Under the pieces are notes generated by a model. The model was not told the DNA's origin. It ran no database searches and saw only the letters and a list, made by a program, of their open reading frames with translations. Shown here in pieces: positions 53,040 to 62,201 of a stretch of 64,000 nucleotides of DNA. Each line of letters begins with the position of its first letter. Positions within the stretch are counted from its first letter, which is position 1. Source of the stretch: an uncultured bacterium. Its GTDB lineage: Bacteria; Actinomycetota; Thermoleophilia; Solirubrobacterales; 70-9. Position numbers and translations under genes: made by a program. The stretch covers positions 28,320 through 92,319 of the forward strand of contig CAWERS010000001.1 of NCBI GenBank assembly GCA_963811625.1, given 5' to 3'.

Positions 53040-53057
53040 TCAAGGGCTGATCCGAAA

Positions 53058-53531
53058 ATGGACGGACTCCCGGAGCTGACAATCGGCGAAGTGGCGCAGC
53101 GCGCCGGAGTGGCGACGTCCTCAATCCGCTACTACGAGCGGATCGGCCTTCTCCCGGAGCCCGATCGCGTGGGAGGCCAGCGACGCTACGACGCGGAGGT
53201 GCTCGGCAAGCTGGGGTTCATCGGCGTCGCCCAGAGCGCCGGATTCAAGCTGCGCGAGATCAAGGAGCTGCTGGAAGGTGTCGAGGGCGCAGACGGCCTC
53301 GGCGATCAGATGCGCTCGCTGTCAGCTCAGAAGCTGGGTGAGGTCGAGGCTCTCCTCGAACGCACCAAGGCGATGAAGGGGTGGCTCGAGGTGGCGCAGG
53401 AGTGTGGCTGCGCGACGCCGGAGGAGTGCGCGCTTTTCCCCGCTCCCGGGGAGGAGCTTGGGGGCGACTTCGCTCTCCAGGTTGTGCGGGTGGAGGGCAA
53501 GGACTGTCGACGTCCTCCCGTCCACGGTTGA
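53058..53531 (+). CDS. MerR family transcriptional regulator
   Basis: LTIGEVAQRAGVATSSIRYYERIGLL HTH. C-terminal Cys pair ECGCATPEEC. Confidence 0.85.
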   Translation: MDGLPELTIGEVAQRAGVATSSIRYYERIGLLPEPDRVGGQRRYDAEVLGKLGFIGVAQSAGFKLREIKELLEGVEGADGLGDQMRSLSAQKLGEVEALLERTKAMKGWLEVAQECGCATPEECALFPAPGEELGGDFALQVVRVEGKDCRRPPVHG

Positions 53532-53544
53532 AAGGCGACCCTCC

Positions 53545-54411
53545 TCAGAGCGCCGCGTCGGCGAGCAGGCCGACCTGGGCCGGGTCCGGCGAACAGGGGA
53601 AGTAGATCAGCTCGTCGATCCCGGCCTTCGCGTAGTCCTCGCGGTAGCGCTGGACCCCTTCCGCGTCGATCGCAGCTCTCTGGGCGACGTAGTCGGCACC
53701 CGCCTCGCCGGTGAACCCGTAGTAGCGCTTCAGGTAGAGGTCGGCCGCCTCCCGGGCGCCCTCGCCGAGGGCGAAGTAGCAGAGCGCCATCACGCGTGGT
53801 GTGTCCTTGCGGCCGGCGTCCGACCATGCCTGCTTCACCAACCCCACTAGCGGCGCCGTGTCCTCGGGCGCCGAGCCGCCGACCGTGAAGCCGTCGGCGA
53901 AGCGCGCCGCCCGGCGGGCCGAGGCCTCGACGTAGCCGCCGACCAGGAGCTCGGGGCCTCCTTCGCGGGCCGGCGGCGGTCCGATCCCGCCGTCGAAGCC
54001 GCGCTTCTCGCCGGCCCAGATCTGCTTCATCTCGGCCAGCAGCTCGTCCATCCGGCGCCCGCGGCGCTCGAACGGGATCCCGGCTGCGTTGAAGTCGTCG
54101 TCGCGCCCGCCGATCCCCAGGCCCAGCGTCAGTCGCCCGTTGGAGATCGCATCGAGGGTGGCCGCCTGCTTGGCGAGCAGCGCGCCGTTGCCGCGAAGCG
54201 GCGCCAGCAGCACGTCGGTGACCAGGCGGATTCTCTCCGTGACCGCCGCGGCCGCGCCCAGGGCGACCATCGGCTCGAAGCCCGGAAAGACGAACCGGTC
54301 GATCGTCCCCAACGAGTGAAAGCCCCGCTCCTCGGCCGCCCGCGCCCAGTCCAGGAGCTGCTCGCGGGTCCTGCCGGGGATGGTCGCCGGGAGTCCGATG
54401 CCGATGTCCAC
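53545..54411 (-). CDS. LLM-class (luciferase-like) oxidoreductase, probably F420-dependent
   Basis: Trimmed to GTG at 54411 (AAGGAGG 6 nt upstream). VDIGIGLP...GRLTLGLGIGGRDDDF. Confidence 0.75.
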   Translation of the reverse strand: MDIGIGLPATIPGRTREQLLDWARAAEERGFHSLGTIDRFVFPGFEPMVALGAAAAVTERIRLVTDVLLAPLRGNGALLAKQAATLDAISNGRLTLGLGIGGRDDDFNAAGIPFERRGRRMDELLAEMKQIWAGEKRGFDGGIGPPPAREGGPELLVGGYVEASARRAARFADGFTVGGSAPEDTAPLVGLVKQAWSDAGRKDTPRVMALCYFALGEGAREAADLYLKRYYGFTGEAGADYVAQRAAIDAEGVQRYREDYAKAGIDELIYFPCSPDPAQVGLLADAAL

Positions 54412-54509
54412 GAGCGCCTCCTTGGGATGGGTCGACGAAGCAGCGAATGCTAGTCGCCGCCAGAGCTCGCGCTCGCAGAACAGCATGATCGAGCGCCGAC
54501 GGCGGAGCT

Positions 54510-54692
54510 TTGCGACGCCGCCTGCCCGTGCCGGTCTCGAGCGCGGGTGACGAGCTGGCGGCCCTGGAGCGCGAGGGACTCGTCCGGGTGGGCGCGATGA
54601 AGCTCCCGAAGGGCTTTCTCGATGCCCCGAGGCCCAGGGCCAGCGCCAGTGCCACCGAGGCGTTGCTCGAGGAGCGTCGCGAGGGCCGCTAG
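54510..54692 (+). CDS. Putative antitoxin-like small protein
   Basis: 60-aa ORF that ends 6 nt before the PIN gene ATG. Acidic/basic C-terminus ATEALLEERREGR. The family is not recognised with certainty. Confidence 0.35.
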   Translation: MRRRLPVPVSSAGDELAALEREGLVRVGAMKLPKGFLDAPRPRASASATEALLEERREGR

Positions 54693-54698
54693 TCGCTG

Positions 54699-55126
54699 AT
54701 GCGGTTCTGGGATCATCGGCGATCGTCCCGTTGCTCTCCTCGGAGGGCTCCTCGAAGCAGGCCCGCGGGCTGCTGCGTGAGGATCCGGCGATGGTCGTCT
54801 GGTGGGGGAGCCGAGTCGAATGCACGTCGGCCGTTCGTCGCCTCGAGCGCCGGGGGCAGCTCGATGCGGCCGGCGCGCGACAAGCGGTGGCGCTGCTGGA
54901 TCAGCTCGCCGGCTCCTGGTCGGAGCTGCTCCCGAGCGACGGGATCCGGGCCGAGGCCGAGCGGGCGCTGGCCGTGCATGCGCTGAGCGTCGCCGATGCC
55001 CTCCAGCTCGCCTCGGCGCTCACCTGGCGACGCGAGCGGGCGCGCCCCGCAGACGTCGTCTGCCTGGCCGAGCGCCTTCGTGACGCCGCCGCCCGGGAGG
55101 GGTTCGCCCTGCTGCCGAGCGGGTGA
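54699..55126 (+). pseudogene. vapC: PIN-domain (VapC-like) toxin, apparent frameshift after codon 2
   Basis: The PIN frame reads VLGSSAIVPLLSSEGSSKQARGLL...SVADALQLASAL but has no start codon before TTG at 54731. The only upstream ATG (54699) is one nucleotide out of frame. Extending GG at 54703-54704 to GGG would give MRVLGSSAIV. Total length is 428 nt (3n+2). Confidence 0.6.
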
Positions 55127-55178
55127 GCGGGGCTCACCCGGCCCGGGCGGCGGCCGCGATCGGCGCTACGGTGCGTCT

Positions 55179-55409
55179 ATGAACATCGGTCCGCTCGAGG
55201 TCGTGATCGTGGTCTTGGTCCTGCTGCTGATCTTCGGCGGGCGGCGGATCCCGGAGCTCGGACGCGCGCTCGGGACCGGGTTTCATGACCTGCGCGAGCA
55301 CGTCGGCCGAAAGCCGCCGAAGGACCGCAAGCTCGACGGCGGCGGGGAGGCCCCGCGGCCCTCGTCCCCCGAGCGGGTCGAGAACGAGGAGACCGCGAAG
55401 CACCCCTGA
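55179..55409 (+). CDS. tatA: Twin-arginine translocase subunit TatA/E
   Basis: MNIGPLEVVIVVLVLLLIFGGRRIPELGRALG is a typical TatA helix plus hinge. 76 aa. Confidence 0.85.
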   Translation: MNIGPLEVVIVVLVLLLIFGGRRIPELGRALGTGFHDLREHVGRKPPKDRKLDGGGEAPRPSSPERVENEETAKHP

Positions 55410-55436
55410 GCCGGCGTTGCGCCGGCCGTGGCCGAA

Positions 55437-55874
55437 CTAGCTTGTGGCCGAAGCCGCGGCGGCCTCGGGAACCGCCCCGATGTCGCGCATGAAGGTCAGC
55501 GTGTCCCACTGGGACCAGCTCTCGGCGCACTTGCCGCCCTCGTAGCGGTCGATCGTGATCCCGCGCACGGGATCGCCCCTCTCGTGGGTGGGCTGAAGGC
55601 CCATCATCTCGTTCTCGAAGGTGCCCTGGGCGCTCCAGCGGTAGATCACCTTGTCGCCCGCGTCGACGATGTCCTCGATCGTGCAGTGCAGATCGGGGAA
55701 CGCGGCGCGGTAGCCGGCGATCGACTGCTTGGCCCCCTCGGCGTCCTGGTCGCCGAGCATCGGGTCGTGGTCGACGAAGCCCTCGGCGACGATCTCGTCG
55801 ATCACCTCGAGGTTGCCCTGGTTGAAGGCCTCGTCGATGAACCGTCGCGAGCTGGCAACGTTCTCTGCGGACAT
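55437..55874 (-). CDS. Ester cyclase (SnoaL-like polyketide cyclase family)
   Basis: 145 aa. FIDEAFNQGNLEVIDEIVAEGFVDHDP and AFPDLHCTIEDI are typical of the family. Confidence 0.7.
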   Translation of the reverse strand: MSAENVASSRRFIDEAFNQGNLEVIDEIVAEGFVDHDPMLGDQDAEGAKQSIAGYRAAFPDLHCTIEDIVDAGDKVIYRWSAQGTFENEMMGLQPTHERGDPVRGITIDRYEGGKCAESWSQWDTLTFMRDIGAVPEAAAASATS

Positions 55875-55944
55875 GGCTCGCTCTCCTCCTGGTGGCTTGC
55901 CGACCGAGCCTACGCCCGCCGGCCCCGCCGCGCAAGCCCCGCGT

Positions 55945-57429
55945 TCAGAGCTCGGCCAGGACCTCGTCGGCGGCCCGCTCGCCGGAGCGAACGGCGCCGT
56001 CCATGTAGCCGTTCCAGTAGGTCGAGGTCTCGGTCCCGGCCCAGTGGATCCGCCCCACGGGACGGCGAATCGCGCGCCCGTACGCGAGCAGGGTCCCGGG
56101 CCCGGCGATCGCCACCGGGCAGCCGCGGGTCCAGGTCTCCTGCGACCAGTTGGTCTCGAAGTACTGCTTCGGGTGCCCGGCTCGGGGCCCGAAGTACTTC
56201 TTGAAGTTGGCCAGCACCGCCGCCTTGCGGTTGGCCTTGGTCATGCGCTGGAACTTGCGCGCCTCGTCGCCGCCGATGAACCCGAACACGACCCCCCTTG
56301 AACCGTCCGGCGGGGAGTCGTCGAAGGTGACGTTGGCCGGGCCCTCGAACGAGACGACCTGGCCGTTCAGCCCCTTGTCGCGCCACCACGGCTCCGCGTA
56401 GACGGCCGTCGCCTTGATCAGCGTTCCCTGTGGCAGGCGCTGGGTGAGCTGGTCGCGGTTCGCCGGCAGCCGCGGCGTGTACTCGATCCTCCCGGCGAGG
56501 GTCGGCGGGATGGCGACGATCGCGCGCTTGGCCCGGACGAGCAGCTTCGCGGACTGAACGTTCACCCGCCCGTTGCCCTGGCCGATGTGCTGGACCGGCG
56601 AGTTCAGCACCACCCGGTGGCCGAGCACGTGGGCCATCTTCAACGGGATCCGCTGGGTGCCGCCGAAGAAGCGCCACATCTGGGCCCCGTCGCGGGTGTT
56701 GAAGTTGCGCTCGAAGGTCCCCGGGTGGGTCTCGTCGCCCGAGGCGGCGATGTAGAACAGGGTGAAGAGCAGCGACAGCTCGCGCGGCTCGGCGCCGAAG
56801 ATCGGCCGGGTCGCCACCGAGACCAGCTTGCGGAAGTTGGGGTTGGCGCTGTTGTCTTCGACCCAGCTGGCCAGGGTCTCGTCGTCCCAGTCGCCTGCGT
56901 TCGGGGACGACCACGGCGCGTTCACCGGCACCTGGGTCGCCATCTGGTCGAGCTCCAGGATCGCCGGGATCAGGTCGGGAAGGATGGTCGGGTCCGGGGG
57001 CGCGGTGCCGAGGGGCCCGGAGTCGCTGTAGGTGCTGCGCTGCCCCTGGGCGTTGACGTAGACGTTGTCGCCGTCCTCGAAGGTGGGGAACTTGTGGACC
57101 TTGAACTCCTGCGCCAGGTTGAGGATGCGGTTCTGGGTCGGCCCGACGAAGGTCGCCCCCGTCTCCGTGATCTCACCACCGCCGATCGCGCGGTTGAAGG
57201 CCCGGCCGCCGACCCGGTCGCGGGCCTCGAGCACGACCACCGAGTGGCCCGCCTGCTTGATCCGTAGCGCCGCGGTCAGGCCCGCGAACCCGGCCCCTAC
57301 CACGACCACGTCGGCGGTTCGCTCCGACCCCGCCGCGCCCACCCCGGGGACCCGCCCCAGAAGCGCTCCCAGGCCGGCTGCGGTCCCGACCCCGATCAGG
57401 CGGCGGCGGCTGATCGCTTGCTCGGACAT
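55945..57429 (-). CDS. Tat-exported flavin monoamine oxidase family protein
   Basis: Trimmed to ATG at 57429 (AGGAGG upstream). Tat motif SRRRLIGVGTAAGLGAL. FAD fold VVVVGAGFAGLTAALRIKQAGHSVVVLEARDRVGGR. Confidence 0.8.
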   Translation of the reverse strand: MSEQAISRRRLIGVGTAAGLGALLGRVPGVGAAGSERTADVVVVGAGFAGLTAALRIKQAGHSVVVLEARDRVGGRAFNRAIGGGEITETGATFVGPTQNRILNLAQEFKVHKFPTFEDGDNVYVNAQGQRSTYSDSGPLGTAPPDPTILPDLIPAILELDQMATQVPVNAPWSSPNAGDWDDETLASWVEDNSANPNFRKLVSVATRPIFGAEPRELSLLFTLFYIAASGDETHPGTFERNFNTRDGAQMWRFFGGTQRIPLKMAHVLGHRVVLNSPVQHIGQGNGRVNVQSAKLLVRAKRAIVAIPPTLAGRIEYTPRLPANRDQLTQRLPQGTLIKATAVYAEPWWRDKGLNGQVVSFEGPANVTFDDSPPDGSRGVVFGFIGGDEARKFQRMTKANRKAAVLANFKKYFGPRAGHPKQYFETNWSQETWTRGCPVAIAGPGTLLAYGRAIRRPVGRIHWAGTETSTYWNGYMDGAVRSGERAADEVLAEL

Positions 57430-57541
57430 CCGTTTCCTCCTTGCTCGCTGCGGTTTGCTGAAGGATGACGGGGATCGCCTCCGCGTGCGCCGGCGCCAAC
57501 CGGCGCATGGCGACGATCTCGCTGTTAGACATGGTGCCCTG

Positions 57542-59494
57542 ATGAAGGGAAGGAGGCTCGGCGCGCTCGGCGCGCTCGCAGCGATGGCTGTGCTGGCGGC
57601 CACCATGCCGGCGACGGCATCCGCCGCCTGGCAGCCGGGGCCGGAGCAGTACGGGGTCGGCCAGCGGCTGAACGTTCCGGTGACCATGGACGACGGCACC
57701 GTGCTTCGCGCCGACGTCTACTACCCGACCAACCTGCAAAACGGCGCCGCGGCCAATGGCCCCTTCCCGGTGATCCTCACCCAGACGCCCTACGGCAAGG
57801 GCTCGGGCTCGGCGGCCAGCTTCCCGGGCGGCGAGCAGCTCGCCGGGCTCAGCGGCACCAGCCCCTACCTGGTCAAGCGCGGCTACATCGACGTGATCGC
57901 CGACGTGCGCGGCACCGGGGCCTCGGAGGGGTCGTGGGGGCTGTTCGACCCAGTCCAGGGCGAGGACGGCGCCCACCTGGTCCGGTGGGCCGCGAAGCTC
58001 GCCCACTCGAACGGCAAGGTGGGAACGCTCGGCGCCTCCTACCTGGGCATCGTGCAGCTGTTCACGGCCGCCAACCTCGGGCCCGGCTCGCCGCTGAAGG
58101 CGATGCTCCCGATCATCTCCGCCAACGACGTCTATCGCGACACCGCCTTCGACGGCGGCCTGCTCGACACCGAGTTCGGCGGCATCTTCCTCGGCCTCAC
58201 CGGGGGGCTGAACCTGATCCAGCCGCTGCTCGAGAGCTTCGTCCAGCAGCCCGCCAACGGCAACCTGCTCCAGGTGCTCGCCCAGCACATCGGCGGGCTG
58301 CTCGCCTTCCACGCCTCGCTGATCGCCAACGTCGAGACGGACGGCGACCAGGCCTACGACCAGGCATACTGGCGCGCCCGCCGTCCGCGCTCCTTCCTTC
58401 GGACGATCGTCCGAAACCGGGTCCCCGCCTTCCTGGTCGGCGGCTGGTTCGACCTCTTCCAGCGTGGCGAGCCGCTCAACTACGCCGACCTCCAGAACCT
58501 GTCGGCGGGGCGGGGAGTGGGGCTGCCGATGAAGGCCGGCCAGCCCGCAACCGGCCGCTACCAGCTGATGATGGGCCCCTGGTACCACGTCACCACCGGC
58601 GAGGGGATCGACATCAACCGGCTCGAGCTGGCCTGGTTCGACCGCTGGCTGAAGGGCAAGGCGACCGGGATCGACAAGACCAAGACCCCGCTCCACCTCT
58701 ACCAACTCGGGTCGGGCAAGTGGCTCGACGCCTCGCGCTACCCGCTCGAGGGCGCCACCCCGCGGACCTACTACCTGCGGCCCGGGAAGGCGCTGGCGCC
58801 GGCCAAGCCGGGCGCCGCCGGCGGCTCGGATAACGTCGTGTGGACCGGCCTCTCCAGCCCCTGCGGGCTGTCGACCGAGCAGTGGGGGGCCGGGCTGCTT
58901 CAGCTGATCCTCGAGCAGGCGGGTGGCTCCGATCCCTGCGCGGGCGAGGACTCGACCACCCAGGTGGGCCCGGGGGCGGTCACCTACACGACCCAGCCGT
59001 TCGCCAAGCCGCAGGCGCTCGCCGGGCCGATCGCCGCCACCCTGTATGCGACCTCGACCCGCCCCGACGCCGAGTTCGTGGTCACGCTCGAGGACGTGGC
59101 TCCGAACGGGAGCTCGAGGCCGCTGACCGCCGGGGCGCTGCTGGGCTCGTTCCGAAAGCTGGACTCGGGCCAGACCTGGAAGGCACCCGACGGCAGGCCG
59201 CTGCTCCCGTACCACCCCTATACGCGGGCGTCGGTGCAGCCGGTGCCGACCTCGGGGACGACCCGCTTCGACGTCGAGGTGCGCCCGACCTTCGCCAAGC
59301 TGGCCGCCGGGCACCGGCTGCGGGTGACGATCAGCACCTCCGACGTCCCGCACCTGGTCCCCTCGCCACCCCAGATCGCCAACCTCGCCGGCGGGGTCTA
59401 CGGGATCCAGCACCACGCCGCCGCGGCCTCCTACCTGGAGCTTCCGCTTGCCCCGGCCGGGTCCTTCACCACCCAGTGCCGGATCTGCCGGTGA
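57542..59494 (+). CDS. CocE/NonD family hydrolase (S15 X-Pro dipeptidyl-peptidase-like)
   Basis: Trimmed to ATG at 57542. Signal peptide present. DGTVLRADVYYP, PVILTQTPYGKG, and nucleophile motif GASYLG. Confidence 0.8.
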   Translation: MKGRRLGALGALAAMAVLAATMPATASAAWQPGPEQYGVGQRLNVPVTMDDGTVLRADVYYPTNLQNGAAANGPFPVILTQTPYGKGSGSAASFPGGEQLAGLSGTSPYLVKRGYIDVIADVRGTGASEGSWGLFDPVQGEDGAHLVRWAAKLAHSNGKVGTLGASYLGIVQLFTAANLGPGSPLKAMLPIISANDVYRDTAFDGGLLDTEFGGIFLGLTGGLNLIQPLLESFVQQPANGNLLQVLAQHIGGLLAFHASLIANVETDGDQAYDQAYWRARRPRSFLRTIVRNRVPAFLVGGWFDLFQRGEPLNYADLQNLSAGRGVGLPMKAGQPATGRYQLMMGPWYHVTTGEGIDINRLELAWFDRWLKGKATGIDKTKTPLHLYQLGSGKWLDASRYPLEGATPRTYYLRPGKALAPAKPGAAGGSDNVVWTGLSSPCGLSTEQWGAGLLQLILEQAGGSDPCAGEDSTTQVGPGAVTYTTQPFAKPQALAGPIAATLYATSTRPDAEFVVTLEDVAPNGSSRPLTAGALLGSFRKLDSGQTWKAPDGRPLLPYHPYTRASVQPVPTSGTTRFDVEVRPTFAKLAAGHRLRVTISTSDVPHLVPSPPQIANLAGGVYGIQHHAAAASYLELPLAPAGSFTTQCRICR

Positions 59495-59506
59495 GCCCTC
59501 TCCCTC

Positions 59507-59556
59507 ACCGGTGGTCGAATTGCGCTCGTTCGCTCGGGTGCGATTCGGCCACCGGT
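59507..59556. terminator. Long imperfect hairpin between convergent genes
   Basis: ACCGGTGGTCGAATTGCGC pairs with GTGCGATTCGGCCACCGGT. About 16 of 19 positions are complementary around a 12-nt loop. Confidence 0.5.
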
Positions 59557-59572
59557 GGTGGCGAAGCACACC

Positions 59573-59615
59573 GATGGCCGACTTTCGCTCGATAGACGAG
59601 CGCTATTCGGCCATC
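59573..59615. terminator. Second hairpin between convergent genes
   Basis: GATGGCCGA-cttt-CGCTCG-ataga-CGAGCG-ctat-TCGGCCATC gives 9+6 bp of perfect pairing. Confidence 0.5.
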
Positions 59616-59629
59616 GGCGGAGGCACCAG

Positions 59630-60286
59630 CTAGCTCAGCGCGGCGAGCGCCTCGGCGATCGGGGCCTCCCCGCCGAGCAGGTCGAACTCCTTGCCGACTG
59701 TGCTCGGGTCGTCGAGGCAGGCGAGCAGGGTGGCGGCGACGTCGTCACGGGGAATCTGCCCGCTTCGCTCGAGGCGCGCCGCGGCCTCGACAAGGCCGGT
59801 GCCGGGATCGTCGGTGAGCCGGCCGGGGCGGGCGATCGTGTAATCGAGGCCGCTCGCCGCGAGCGCCTGGTCGGCCTCGAGCTTGGCCTCGTAGTAGGGG
59901 CGCATCTGCTCGTCGCGGGCCGCGGGGTCGTGGACTCCCATCGCGCTGACCATCAGGTAGCGCGAGATCCCGGCGAGCCTACAGGCGTCGATCAGCTTCA
60001 CGGCCGCTCCGTAGTCGACGGTGCGCTTTCGCGCCGGGCCGCTCCCCGGCCCCGCGCCGGCGGCGAACACGACCGCCCCGGCCCCGGCGATGGAATCCGC
60101 GATCGCCTGGGGATCGAGGTTCTCGAGATCCGCGCCGACTGCCAAGGCGCCCACCGCCTCGAGGTCGGCGGCGTGGTCGGGATTTCGGATCAGCCCCCGG
60201 GCCCGGTCACCGCGCTCGGCGAGCAGCCGAAGCAGGCGCAGGGCGATCTTGCCGTGTCCACCCGCAACCGCGACGTCGATCGCCAT
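59630..60286 (-). CDS. NAD(P)H-binding (NmrA/atypical SDR-like) protein
   Basis: Trimmed to ATG at 60286. MAIDVAVAGGHGKIAL Rossmann start. 218 aa. Confidence 0.7.
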   Translation of the reverse strand: MAIDVAVAGGHGKIALRLLRLLAERGDRARGLIRNPDHAADLEAVGALAVGADLENLDPQAIADSIAGAGAVVFAAGAGPGSGPARKRTVDYGAAVKLIDACRLAGISRYLMVSAMGVHDPAARDEQMRPYYEAKLEADQALAASGLDYTIARPGRLTDDPGTGLVEAAARLERSGQIPRDDVAATLLACLDDPSTVGKEFDLLGGEAPIAEALAALS

Positions 60287-60359
60287 CTCGCTGATGCTAG
60301 CCCTTGGCCGGGGCGTAGGATGCAGCCGAGAAGGCGGAACCGAGAGGCTGGAGGAGCGG

Positions 60360-60659
60360 ATGGCAGACGCGGTGATCCACGTGCTTCCGCAGGGAATCGG
60401 GCAGGAGCAGTACCAGGCGGTGAACGAGAAGCTGAACGCCCAGGGCGACATGCCCTCCGGGTTGATCTTCCATGCCGCGGGCCCCGGCGAGGACGGGCGC
60501 TGGCGGATCGTCGAGGCATGGGAGTCGCGCGCCCACTTCGACCAGTTCAACGAGCAGCGCCTGACCCCGGCGATCGCCGAGGTCACCGGGATCGAACCGG
60601 CCCAGCTTCCCGGGGCCGACGACACCTGGTTCCCGGCCCACACGCTGTTCCCCGAATAG
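60360..60659 (+). CDS. Hypothetical small protein (possibly ABM/Dabb-fold)
   Basis: GGAGGAG lies before the ATG at 60360. 99 aa. Confidence 0.5.
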   Translation: MADAVIHVLPQGIGQEQYQAVNEKLNAQGDMPSGLIFHAAGPGEDGRWRIVEAWESRAHFDQFNEQRLTPAIAEVTGIEPAQLPGADDTWFPAHTLFPE

Positions 60660-60739
60660 CGGGTTCGGGGGCGGTTGCTCCGGGCCGAGCGACGACTTTA
60701 GGCGCGCTTAGGGTTCGTCGTTAGGGTCCCCTTAGGAAG

Positions 60740-61360
60740 ATGAGCTCCAGGCTGCGGACTGCAATCGCCGGACTCGTGCTGGTGGCGGCGCTCACCGGCG
60801 CCGTGGGCTGCGGCGGCGACTCCCCGGCGAGCGGCGACGCGACCACGGCCGACTACGAAGGCGCCCTGGCCAAGCCCCAGAAGCCGGTTCCACCATTGGC
60901 GCTGGACAACTACCAGGGCCAACCGGTCAACATCGACCAGTTCGCCGGCAAGGCGGTGCTGGTGACGTTCGTCTACTCCCACTGCCCTGACGTCTGCCCG
61001 CTGATCGTCGGCAACCTCCACGCCGCCCTGCAGCAACTCGGCCCGGAGGCGAGCAAGGTGCAGATCATCGCCGTCTCGACGGACCCCGAGGGTGACACGC
61101 CGCAGAGCGTGAGCAAGTTCCTCAAGGACCGCCAGATGGCGGGCGAGATGGACTGGCTGCTCGGCTCGCGTTCCCAGCTCGAGAAGACCTGGAAGGCCTG
61201 GGGAATCGCGGTCCACGTGCCCAAGAGCGACCCGGAGCTGGTCGAGCACTCAGCCGAGGTGTTCGGGATCTCGAGCGGCGGCGAGGTGACGACGCTCTAC
61301 CCGGCCAACTTCAAGCCGAAGTGGATCGTCAACGACGTGCCCCTGCTCGCCTCGAGCTGA
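60740..61360 (+). CDS. SCO1/SenC family copper chaperone lipoprotein
   Basis: Lipobox LTGAVGC. Thioredoxin-like VLVTFVYSHCPDVCP (CxxxC). Confidence 0.85.
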   Translation: MSSRLRTAIAGLVLVAALTGAVGCGGDSPASGDATTADYEGALAKPQKPVPPLALDNYQGQPVNIDQFAGKAVLVTFVYSHCPDVCPLIVGNLHAALQQLGPEASKVQIIAVSTDPEGDTPQSVSKFLKDRQMAGEMDWLLGSRSQLEKTWKAWGIAVHVPKSDPELVEHSAEVFGISSGGEVTTLYPANFKPKWIVNDVPLLASS

Positions 61361-61393
61361 CGGGCGCGAATCCGGACGGCCAGCGGCGCGAAC

Positions 61394-61951
61394 CTAGAAG
61401 CGGGACCGGTGGCGGGTGGCGTAGGACTGGGAGCTCTCCCAGCCCATGCCCTTGGCCCAGCCCGGGCCGGCACCGCGGGTGTCGGCGGTGTCGAAGCGAA
61501 GGCCCGCGATCTTCATCCAGGCATGGCCCGAGTTGGCGTAGACCGAGATCCACTTCCCGTGGCCGTGCTGTCCCCAGCTCCGAAGGCTGGTCGGCGGCAT
61601 CGCCTGCTTGATCAGCCCGCCGCCGTGGAGCGCGTAGCTGACCGCGCTGGCACAGTCGTAGCAGGGCGACTTCCACTTCGAGTAGCCGCCGCCGTTGCAG
61701 TAGCCGTGGCCCTTGGCGATCTTGTTCGCCGCGGCGATCACCCGCTTGACGCGCCGGGGCGCGTTCCGGGGGGCCACCGCCCGGCCGTGACGGAGCTTCG
61801 CCTTCGAGCCCTTGACGGTCGGCGCGGGCTGGCCGGTGCCGCCGCTGCCGGCGGTCGCCGGGGTGCCGGGCAGCACCAGCGGAATCGCGCAGGCGAGCGC
61901 GAGCGCGCCGGCCAATCGCAGACGGACCATCTGATGCGGGTTTGACGACAT
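61394..61951 (-). CDS. Secreted protein, possibly NlpC/P60 (C40)-like
   Basis: Signal peptide present. YSKWKSPCYDCASAVSYAL resembles the Y.WGG...DCSG.V nucleophile region. Assignment is tentative. Confidence 0.5.
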   Translation of the reverse strand: MSSNPHQMVRLRLAGALALACAIPLVLPGTPATAGSGGTGQPAPTVKGSKAKLRHGRAVAPRNAPRRVKRVIAAANKIAKGHGYCNGGGYSKWKSPCYDCASAVSYALHGGGLIKQAMPPTSLRSWGQHGHGKWISVYANSGHAWMKIAGLRFDTADTRGAGPGWAKGMGWESSQSYATRHRSRF

Positions 61952-62201
61952 CGAGCGGTTTCCTCTCGGCCTACGGGGTTAGCTGTCGGGCTCGCGCGGT
62001 GCGGTCGCGCTTGGTCCGCTTGGCCAGCCGGCCTTGGACCGTTCGCCCCGGGGAACTGTTTGGTTCCCCCGCTCCACCCGGGTGGCCCGGGCGGATTCGG
62101 CTCACTAGGCGCGGCAGGGTAGCAGGGAGGGTCGGACCCCACAAAAGTTCCCGCAAATCGGGGATGGCGCGGAGCGCCACGCCGCCATAGGATCCGGGGC
62201 C

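Noticed and set aside
53032-53041. GGTTCAAGTC looks like a tRNA T-loop.
   Set aside because: The flanking bases cannot form a T-stem or the rest of a cloverleaf. The sequence is simply one arm of the MerR operator palindrome. No tRNA was found anywhere in the window.
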